A stretch of DNA of 59,511 nt, counting the filler, from Sphacelaria rigidula (taxonomy: Eukaryota): the NCBI GenBank assembly GCA_964200075.2. It is 5 parts of 5 records of this genome, joined end to end, with 100 filler letters (N's around TTAATTAATTAA, not from the genome) between each part and the next. Parts side by side here need not be neighbours in the genome. Positions count along the whole stretch, not along the records: positions 47,691 to 59,511 come from CAXNAA020004459.1; 4 more parts are not named here. One strand, given 5' to 3'. The position numbers were made by a program, and so were the translations under genes. Positions 49,842-59,511 of this stretch are shown here, piece by piece (within the stretch, counting starts at the first letter, position 1; every line of letters begins with the position of its first letter). The notes under the pieces are model-generated. The model did not search any database. It worked only from the letters and a program-made list of their open reading frames with translations, and had not been told where the DNA came from.

Positions 49842-50428
49842 ATGAACGGCCCGCCTGGAGCGGGTAGATACGTGTCATCGTGACGCGATTCATCGCTTCA
49901 CATGAGTCAGTTTTGTCGTGAGGCCTACACCCGAACAGCATCCACTTGAGCACAGGAATATTCATGTTTCATTTTTAATATCACCCCGCTGCCCCCTCCC
50001 TCTTCCCCCTTGGGCGCGCGATCATCTGTACAGTTGGTGATCCGCTTGTTCCAGATAACATGACGTGGTGTGCTCCTGGCGATGGACAACCCTTGCCGTA
50101 TGATCCGCTGTTCCCGGACAGCAACCCCGAGGAACCGTCATCGAAACTTACTTCGGAATGGTCCTGGGAACGTTCCTTGAATGATGGCAGTAAGCTGAAG
50201 AGCAATTATAGTCCCTTTTCTAGTGCCTTTTTTGAAGGGCGTCGGGAGAACAGCACCCCAGAGCAAAAGTGCGATGATCCTGATGCGAAGGCCTCCGGTA
50301 ATATGCTGGCACGATGTGCTGATGTGGAAAACAATCATGAGGACAGTCGAGGTGATGGAGCAGGGGGGTCAACACCTAAACGCGCGAAGTTGTCCTCCTC
50401 AGCATTTTCGTTCCCCGGAACTCTGTAG
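49842..50428 (+). CDS. Small hypothetical protein (~138 aa); exons 49842-49863 and 50034-50428
   Basis: Phase-1 GT-AG join gives MNGPPGAVGDPLVPDNMTWCAPG..TPKRAKL..; no domain recognised. Confidence 0.4.
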
Positions 50429-52222
50429 ATAGTTGTCCTGGGCGTGATTTGCGACGGTGGTTAGAGTATAGAAGGGTATGTTTTCTGTTGCCGAGGTGGC
50501 ATATGGAGCAGAAGTTCGATGTTGTTCTGAAGACACCTTATTCTTCATCCAGGAGGAGTACCACGCGATTGCGCGTGGTGGTTTCGGGGGATACTTGCGG
50601 TGTTGTTACCGTGTGTGCGACATTCCGCCGTCCCTCAGTACAGCTGTTCTCTGTTTCCTTTTCGGCTACCGAGCAAAGTGAACTTGTGATTGTATAGCGG
50701 AGATCGTGGGGCTGGGTTGCTTGTTCAGCGTGGCCTTGCATTTCAATCGTGCTGTGTATGCGCCCGTTCACTGCTTGGTAGCGTGTGTGTTGTTCGTGTG
50801 GAATATCTCTCGACGTTGTTTTAGGAATTTCATGTGTCGTCTTGTTATTTTTTGGCCAATACTGTATTCGCTGCGGCCTACGAACCCCGATGCCAACATT
50901 TGGAGCCCAAGGCGTGCACTGTCAATCTTGAAGCGCGGTTGTTTGTTCGTGTTGAAGTAAAATACGGTTTATGCACTTTCGCCACCAATGATGCCGCGTG
51001 CGGTGCGTCGCGTTCTACTCTTGCGTGAATGGTTGGAAGAACACTGCTTTCGTTTGTTTCGAAAATCAGAGAGCGTGTCGGCCGACTGCGTATCTTGTTG
51101 TTTTTTCGGCTCGTCAAGGAACACGGACTGTTTTCCAATAAATGACAGTGGGGTATCCCGGAGCATGGGCTGCGAGTATGCGATGTCGTATGCACGCGCG
51201 TGGTTGCGGAGACATTGCTTGTTTTCCGTTCTGACCTCAGTCGTGGTGAAACTCATGCGGGCACGGCAAAGTTGAGCTTTTTTAGATGTCGAATAGGTGC
51301 ACGACCTTGTCTGCGCTACGTCGATGTTACGTGCGTCATGTTGTGCGGGAACTGCGGTGACTTACGTTGCAAACCTGTGAATGATGGCACGGTAATTTCG
51401 AGGTATGAAGTTCTACACAGCTCAGTTTAATATTGCAGTGGTATGAAAGTTACGTTGCATCCTGCGTTCAGAGAACTTCATGCTTACGGGTGCCAGCTAA
51501 CGTTTTGCAATTCATCCCGTCCGATTTGAGTGCGTTTGTGAAGGAACGCATGGTTTACTCTGATCAAATATGCATATCCGGTGGCAATCGTGAGTTCGGG
51601 TTCTGTAGCGTGTCGGCGGACGAGCGTCGTGTGCCGCTCCACCATTTCAGTCGGACACGGACCTGTTTTGGGTTCCCCGTTAGCGGTCGAATATTTCGAG
51701 GTTTTACAGCAGTTTATCGTGGTATTCTTATAATTAGGTTGAACACGTAGCCTGTTTTACTTTTAAGCATGTCGCGTGAACACTTTTCGCCGTCAAGTTG
51801 ACACTCAACAGCGTAATCTCGTGGTGGCACGTGAGTGATATATACATATTTTTATATTATTCTTCTACTCAGTTCAAGAGAAGCATCAACTATCGATGGT
51901 ATGTGGATGGCGTTTCGGGCGCTACTGGGTTTGTTTTGGTCGACATGCGCGCCGAAGTCATGTCTATCATTTGAAGCAATGGTGTCATCAACACGATCGA
52001 TTGTTGGAAATATTTTTGATGCTATTTTTCAATGCGCGAGCGCCAGGTGTCCAGTCGGAACATGAAACGAACCAGCGAACGCCACGAGAGATGATGTCGT
52101 CCACTGGATATGCAGACAGACAGGTTGGAAGATAAATGTGGTCGTCGTTGGAACAATCGTGAGTTCAGCATCTTGTGCGCTGGTGCACGAAATAATCCAC
52201 AACAGAACACAACACACTGCTA

Positions 52223-52394
52223 TGCGTGAGGGGACCGCGCGCTCAGAGGACCGCATCGGATTTTAAACATTCTTATGGTTATGGTTGGGGCCAAGGGCGT
52301 GATCCCTCCAGGGACCGACCCGACTGGTTCTGAAAAACGTCGATCCTGAGGTGTTTTGAACCACGGTCCTTTGAGCACGCGGTCCTCTCACGCA
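52223..52394. mobile_element. 172-bp MITE, possibly Tourist/PIF-like
   Basis: ~31-bp TIR TGCGTGAG(G/A)GGACCGCG(C/T)GCTCA(G/A)AGGACCG; flanks CTA/TTA. Confidence 0.75.
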
Positions 52395-52680
52395 TTACAA
52401 CACACCAAAGGATTTCGTTGAGACTGAGTAGTGCATTCGGTTAAGAGCGTTTTCATGTTCACTCGAGATATTTATGCATCGCCCTGATTCCTAACCCTAG
52501 CGGTCGAAGGGTCAAGATTCCGGCTGAGTCGGTCGTTGAATGCATCTTCTGGAAGCATTCAAACGCCCATATACACTGAGAGTAAAGCACTGATTGATAG
52601 TGGCTTTGATCATTCGCTTTAACTTAGCCGGTTTTATATTCCGTGTGTGCTTTTCTTTGTCGCCATCACTTGCGTAAGCT

Positions 52681-52793
52681 TATAACTACACTTCGATATC
52701 CTACTCGGGGATATTAAGGGCCCCAGTGGCAACCTACGACAGAAAGCATATCGGGCCTCGTGGAGGGGCATTTCGGAACTGAAATGATTCATT
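52681..52793 (-). repeat. Probable LINE 3' end, copy 3
   Basis: Matches 3534-3651. Confidence 0.65.
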
Positions 52794-52874
52794 ATTTTGA
52801 GACCATTGGGGCTGAAAACGTACTAAACCGAAATTCAACAAGTGTACTCTTCTGTCCCATCCCTCCGGGCCTCA

Positions 52875-53743
52875 TTACGGAGCTCCGAACCACGCGCTTT
52901 TTTTACCCGAATTGATTCGAAGCCGCGTTGCGCGAAAACACCATCCCATCGCTCTTCTGACATCAATCGAGACGCGCTCAACAAGGTTCAGCTCCATTGG
53001 TTCTGATGGCATTGTGTTTCGCTTCCGTCTCTGGGCGCACTCGAGAACACTCCCAATTCGACCCTTTTTTGACCAGGGCGAGTCTTGATTAAACTTCTCA
53101 GACTTGAGTGTCGGAACTTCAATCGAGGCACTTTTGAAGGTTAGAGGCATTACACCCAGCAGCTGGCTCTCCGAATCACTGTAGGCACCCTCAAGAAGGT
53201 CTAACTTCATTACTGCTTTCTTCGCTTTCTTCGCTTGTGCGTGCCGACGCCGTCCGTAGCTGAGGTGGAGGGGGTGTTGAAGTACGTGATCGACATTCAC
53301 CGCCCTACACAGACCTCTTCATTCTGGGGGCATCTCAACAACGAGCTATCGGCCATCGGACACGCGATTGATCTGAACTAATCTCGGTTTCCATGTGGAC
53401 CAACGACGAGCGTACGGGTTCCCCTCATCGAAGAGTACAAGAGCGGTAGAGACGTTCACTCTTCGCTACCAACCGTACTACGAGCGAACTCAAATCGGGT
53501 CGTCACGTCGTGAAGTTTTGCCCGGAGAGCGGATAAGTAAAATAACAAGGATGGATCGGCCTGAAAATCGGCCTAAGCAGGAGCGACGAGAAGGTGAGCC
53601 TGGCTGTAGTCAAATCTGCAAGGAGTTCGCATCTGTGTTGATCTCCCTTCTGTCTTTCCTGTCTCGCCTCTTCTCAGTCTACTCTCGCCTCTTTCCAGAC
53701 GTGTTAGGTTATTCCTTTTTCGATTTTTCGTTCATTTCGAACA
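52875..53743 (-). mobile_element. 5' remnant of an LTR retrotransposon (Copia-like): ~270-bp LTR, PBS and decayed gag start
   Basis: TGTTCG start at 53743; PBS-like TGGTAGCGAAGAG at 53471-53459; disrupted ORF containing IEVPTLKSEK. Superfamily is an inference. Confidence 0.5.
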
Positions 53744-53934
53744 CTGCGATTTTAATCCTGTACAGAACTGATGACAACACGTTCCATTTCCATGAGTGCT
53801 GTCAACAGGCTGTGTGTGTTGTCATCCGACTTATGGTTGAAGCCAATCCACACCTGTTGGGTACAGTGCGGGGAAACAATCTCGCGTCTCCATCGCGGCA
53901 AATGTCTACTGCTATGTTGCGCTCAATCCCGTCA

Positions 53935-54735
53935 ACCGTGTAAAACTTCCACACCGGTACCCAACAGTTTTGTAAATCTTTTCTTTCCGGTGCCCGCCAG
54001 TTTTGTAGGATCTTTCAAGTCCATCATACCCCTGTTCGACAACTCTGTAAGGCCTGTAAGCCTCCCATAACCCTTACCCGGGTTCAACGTATACTCTTGT
54101 GCGTATATCCGATCAGGCAGAGTATGGGTATATGTCCGGGAGAGGTAAGCACTTTGGTTCAATCCCTACTTGTGTTCTGACAACTCGCACTTGTTCCTCA
54201 ACCTCCATCAATCAAACCCCCCTGGTATTCAACCCCATACACCTTTCGAGATAGTTCTTTTTAAAGTTCGGTACACAGAGGGGTTACGGGGTACAGTTGA
54301 GAGGGAAAGCAAAACATGGAAAGCAACGCAGACCGTCGGGGTGGACCAGTCTTAGACACGAGTAATGGATCGAGTGGAGGTCCTTCATCTGCGCCACCAT
54401 CGGTATCAACTAGCAGGGGGCAGGTCATCGAATTATGGTGTCCAATCCTATTTTGTATAGGGGCCGGTTTGTTGCATTCACGAGGTATCTTCACAAATGT
54501 CCTCCCCATCCGACAGTTTGGTGACTTCTGTAAGACTTTCATACCGGTACCCGAAAGTTCTGTAGCTTCTGTTAGACTTTCATTGGCCTACCCGATATTT
54601 CTCGTGGATTCCGGAAGACTTTCATTGCCCAAGTCGATAGCTCCATGACTTCAGTAACACTTGCATACCCCTACTCGACAAATCTGTGACTTCAGTAACG
54701 CTTTCCTAATCCCACTCGATAGTTCTGTATTTTCC
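53935..54735. repeat. Degenerate ~38-bp minisatellite in two blocks (53935-54130 and 54520-54735)
   Basis: Recurring unit like GACTTCTGTAAGACTTTCATACCGGTACCCGAAAGTTCTGT. Confidence 0.7.
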
Positions 54736-55689
54736 CACAACAGTCGGGTAAGGGTATAGGGGGGTGCCGCGCAGGAGCACCGCCCGAGGCAGAAGAAATT
54801 ACAGTGTTTGACGTATGTTCCCTGCAAAAGTTGTGAATAGTTGTGAAAAATGCGACCACTCACATCGACCTACTAAGAGGCTTGTACTGCTCGAAAATGT
54901 CTTCGAACGTGGTGAGCGATTCGAAAATCATCCATCTATAGTATGCAGCAGCAGACACTGTGCATGAGGATCTGAAGATTAAAACAAGTATGCCACGGCT
55001 GGCAGTACCGTGGGACAAAGGGCGCAAGTTCTCACCGCGGCTTGTTCAGTAGACTGCTTGTGTATTTCGTGATCGCCGGTTACCGTTGCTGTTTTGCGGA
55101 TGACGTACATATCTGCTACATCACTCCGAGGTGTAGTGGGTATGTCCTACATCATGTTCAGAACGCTCTTCGTGCAACTGACGATTGGGGTTTGGCGTTC
55201 GGCACTTCCGCATCAAGCGTCCCACCATAACTCAGTCACACTTCTTCATTTCTTCGTTTTCCTCATTCGACTGACCAACCAACGACCGACCCGCTGTCGC
55301 CGATAGATAAAAACTGCAGAACAACTAGGTACCAACGAAGTTTGTGGTACCTGTGCTGCTGTAGGCTGCAAACTTCAATCGTACATTCTGTTTATATAAA
55401 GTGTTTTGTGGAGGTCACGTATGTATGAGCGTAATGACATCCAAAATACACACGTAAGCCGGAGAAACAGTCACAGGAACGGGGCCCGCCAGTGACACAC
55501 ATGAGCGGACTCGAAATGTCCAAACCTGTGAAATTGGATCTTTAGCAAACCTAGGCAACGGGATATCCGGTAAAAGAGCTCGGAATAACAAGAGTCACCG
55601 CATGGATCCTGGTTGAACGGACCGGTACGCCGTACCGACCCGTTCACTCGTTCTTCTAGCCTACCCTTGACCACGGTCGAATCCTTGCC

Positions 55690-58600
55690 TAAACGTGAAA
55701 GAGAAAATCACGCCTCCCTTTGGAGATTCTTCGCAGCGGGGCACGACAACACTAAAACAAGCCGATACGCAAGAAAAATCAAGAGACAGTACGAGCTGGG
55801 GCGGTGGTAGCGTAGACAGCACCAACGAAGGGGGTAGATTCCATCACTTTGGCACAAACGGCGACAACGATGGGGACAGCGAGTCTGACCGGGAAGAGGA
55901 CACCCTCCACTCGACAACATCCAACATCCAACATCCACGTTCGATCAACGAAATGGCAGTGCAGTAAACAGCACACCACAAGCTAATCTAAGTAGCGAGA
56001 CCGTAGACACAAGTGTACCTCTTGCAGATAGGAGGAACTAACAGCCCCCAACGGGTAATCTCCAAGAATGCTACTCACAGTAACGCGTGCCCAAATGCTG
56101 AGATCCAACTAGACATGGACAAATTGTTCAACTTCCAAACAGACGCCCCCAACGATACCCCGCTACTCGCAGATTCGAGAAGACGGGAAATATATAACGA
56201 GCACACACCGCGATTCACCCTATAACAGTCAGACCTAGGCTCGAACTTGGCGTTACATGGACTAGCGGAAGAGGACATACCGACGATCATGCGCGAGTAC
56301 AGGTCGAGAGTGCAAATTAACTCACACGACCAGTGTAGTGCAGAGGTAATCGACTACAGATGCATCAAACATCTACAGCTACTACTCCGCGGTACAGGCC
56401 TTGACGCGTACTCAGACCTAGCAACTGGCGCACTAGAGTGGCGCACGGAAGCACAACTCGAGCAGATTCGAATGCAAGGCGAAGACGTACAGACTCGACC
56501 CCCAACATCTTGGAACGAGTGCGTGGACGCAAACACCAACCTGCACTCACCCCCAAACCGCATAGCCATTCTAGCAAGAGCCATAGCAGAACTGAAGTAC
56601 AAAGAAGGTCAGACCATAGATGCATATGCACTTGAAGTAGCAAAAACACACTCTCGTTTTTATACTGAAGCGGCCCGAGTGACACCGAAAGGCAGGGACC
56701 CGGTCAACTTTGCGCGAGAGGTTAGTCAGACAGCAGCTTTCGAAGCAGGTCTACCACCCCACATCAGGGCGGAAACAATCAGAGAGGACCCCACTCACAG
56801 TTTTCAGATAGCATGAGCACGAGCAAAGAAACACGAAACAAACAACTTGCGCCGCTCAACACCTGAAAACGAGGTCTCCGCTTCCCACGTTTCATCTGTT
56901 GCAAAAAATCCAACTGCACAGCTTGCGGAAACCGTAGCTGATGTGGACGGAAAATTGGACAAACTCCTTAAGGAGAGACATCGCAGTTCAGAACGAGGCA
57001 GATCGCACAAACGTACATAAACCTCGACAGAAAAGCAAGGACAAGCAGCTGGAACAAAATACGGCGGGAAACGTGTACGTTTTGGGCCCAGAAGCAGATC
57101 TAATAGCAAAAATCAGAGTACTACGAGATCCGCCAGTGGTAAAGAAGTTCAGGAAGAATGCTCGTATAAATTTTGTAGGTACAGAAAGAACCACGCGACA
57201 GAAACCTGTCAACAAGCCAAGAAGCACAGGGAGGCATTATCCGCCCTTGGCTTTTGAAGGTGCCCAGCACGGGATCCCTCGCCCAGCCAGGGTAAAGTAC
57301 CCTTAGCGAAAAGGGAAACTACCCTAGTACAGTCGACGTTTAAAACGAATCAGGTAGCACGCATGACGCTGACTAGCAATAAAACGAGGGAAAGCTCTCT
57401 GGCTAGTAGGGTCGGGAAAAGCATGCGACTTTTTGAAAGTACAGTGTCAACTGTGGTTGGATCGAAGGCAAAGCTCCACAAAGATGTAGCGAGAGTACAT
57501 GATAGAGTCAAGTAGAAGCTCAGAGTGAACAACACAAGTCAAGAAAGGGTGTCGTGTAGCCAGCTTTCATACTTGGAGAGTGTTCCACAAGCAGCTTTCA
57601 CAGCTCAACCGTCATGTAGTAACAATGCAAAACACCGATCGAAATGTCTGACTCCCGACGCTCAGGCGTTCATGGCTTTTCACATGTCTTCGTTGGCACG
57701 GTATTTGAAAGGACCTGTCACGATACATCCAGCCTCAGTAAGAGTCCAAGTACCAGCTAGAGTAAATGATAATGCGGTGATGGAAGGTCTGACCACAGAT
57801 TCAGCATCCGACTTACCTATCATTAGCTTAAAGTTTATCCGTTCGCGAGCAATGCTACGGTAGGGGTGCACTTTTTTCGCGAAATTATGTCTAATTCAGG
57901 GGCCCCTAACGATTCTAGATGCACAAAAATATAGGTCAGGGCATCCTCGTTTGTATATTCATTCGGGATACCACCAGCACACTGGGGTAGTAATCCTGGC
58001 GTAGTTTCACATCTTTTCATAGGTCATATTTTGCATGAGATAAAGGGCCCCTAAGAATTGTAACCTCAGAAAATATTTGTGCACCCCTACCGTAGCATCA
58101 CTCTCGCATCCTACTTTGAATATGTCGGACATGAACCCTGTCCCAAGCGGATCTTTGGATCTTAGAAGCGCGGACAACTCACCCATCAAAGTAGTGGGTT
58201 TCATTCGTTTCGACCTCACGTTAGGGAAAAAGACCCTACCAGTTGAAGCATCTGTTTCACAAGATCTAGGCCCCGATCACATGCTGATTGATAATTCGCT
58301 GATGGGAGCGTTTGGAGGTATTTTGGACTGGGCAGCTGAGACATTGTCGTGCCGAAATTCCAATGTTAGTCTGAAAGCTACACACAAGAGAAGAAACGAG
58401 CACGGTAAATCTACACGCAAAAGACATGAAACATGTTTCGTTGTTAGGGTAGAAGCTGCGGCGCAACGTGTCCCAGCATATCTCAGAAACAAATGTGTTG
58501 TTCCTCCGCAATCGGAAATGACTCTTCATGTAGAGTCAGACGAAACCCCTGAAGGGACAACGACGACGGTGATCATTGAGCCGCGGGTAGTCACGGAACA

Positions 58601-59435
58601 AGACGTTCAATCGTTAGACACACCCCAGGATTTAAAAAAACTGATCGTGGCTCGAACAGTCTGTATTTGGTCGGCGGTGAATAACACAGCTATGGTCCAG
58701 GTAGCCAACCCATCTAGGAGACACGTCCGTATTGAACGTAACACCCTGCTAGGGTACATTACACCTGAATCAGAAGCCAGAACAGCGAAAGTAACACACA
58801 CAAGCAGTGCAGTCACCGAGAACAAACAAAAAATCACTGGCACGCGCCAAGAGTTGGCAAAAGCGTCCGAAAAAGCTTTAGCAAAATCTACTTTGAAAGT
58901 CACAGAGAAATCAAAAACTCGATCTGTGTACGAAGTACCGAACAGTCTTTTCGCTCACAGCGCAGGAGTTAGGGTGCTGCGCGATAGGTGAAGCTGGATT
59001 CCCACGCCAGCAAGGTACACAGTCGGTCGACAGACAGCCTTACCGGGCCAACCCGCGAGTACAGGAAGTCATCGACAAGTGTGTTCACGAAATGGAAAGA
59101 GAGGGTATCATCGAGCAAAGGGCTAGCCCTTGGAGCTCGGCGGTAACAATAGTCGCTAAAAGCGATGGAACAGCTCGATTTTGCGTTGACTATCGATCTA
59201 CACTCAACAAAAGTCGGGTGCGAAAGTCATGGCCGATGCCTCAAATGATATCTCATATCGATATGGTAGCGGGGGGAAAATATATCTCTGTCTTTGATGT
59301 GCAGAATGCATTCCACCAAATCCCGATAGCGGAGGAAGAAAAGGAGAAGGCAGCCTTCGTTACGAGCAAAGGTAAATGGGTGTTTAATCGCCTCTTATTC
59401 GGAGTAGCGTCATCCCCATTTATTTTTTCACGAAT
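55690..59435 (+). pseudogene. Decayed Ty3/Gypsy gag-pol: gag, Cys/His knuckle, aspartic protease (MITE-interrupted), N-terminal RT
   Basis: Gag KEGQTIDAY..FEAGLPPHIR..PTHSFQIA; CSYKFC..H....C; protease TDSASDLPIIS..LRSADNSPIKVVG..MLIDN; RT from ~59000 PYRANP..SPWSSAVTIVAKSDGTARFCVDYR..FDVQNAFHQIP..AFVTSKGKWVFNRLLFGVASSP; several stops and frameshifts. Confidence 0.93.
57847..58103 (-). mobile_element. 257-bp Sola2-like MITE, copy 3, inside the Gypsy protease
   Basis: 25-bp TIR GAG(C/T)(A/G)ATGCTACGGTAGGGGTGCAC; perfect TSD TCGC (57843-57846 and 58104-58107). Confidence 0.93.
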
Positions 59436-59511
59436 AGAGGGAAATGTACCAATTAAGATACACTTAAGGCACCTGGCGGGAAAAACTCTATATCTTGGGA
59501 CCCATGGCACG

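Overview
Eukaryotic, intron- and transposon-rich DNA; long introns, low-complexity exons and the repeat types suggest a brown alga or other stramenopile (inference). The window is not one locus. It is five contigs of 11824, 11822, 11822, 11822 and 11821 bp joined by identical 100-bp N44-TTAATTAATTAA-N44 linkers, so nothing should be read across the gaps. Spliced genes reconstructed by splice-phase consistency: an uncharacterised low-complexity protein (contig 1, minus); an M20 metallopeptidase (contig 2, minus, 6 exons, one 5.9-kb GC-AG intron); a caspase-like (C14-fold) protein lacking the catalytic Cys and fused to FN3 and ARM-like repeats (contig 3, minus, the most interesting item); a secreted EGF-like protein head-to-head with another gene (contig 4); and a small hypothetical gene (contig 5). 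The rest is mobile DNA: two related decayed Ty3/Gypsy elements, a Copia-like 5' remnant, two tRNA-derived SINE families, LINE 3' ends, a clan of Sola2-like MITEs (GAG..CTC ends, 4-bp TSD), Stowaway-, CACTA-, piggyBac- and Tourist-like MITEs, and micro/minisatellites. No database searches were run; family calls come from recognised motifs.
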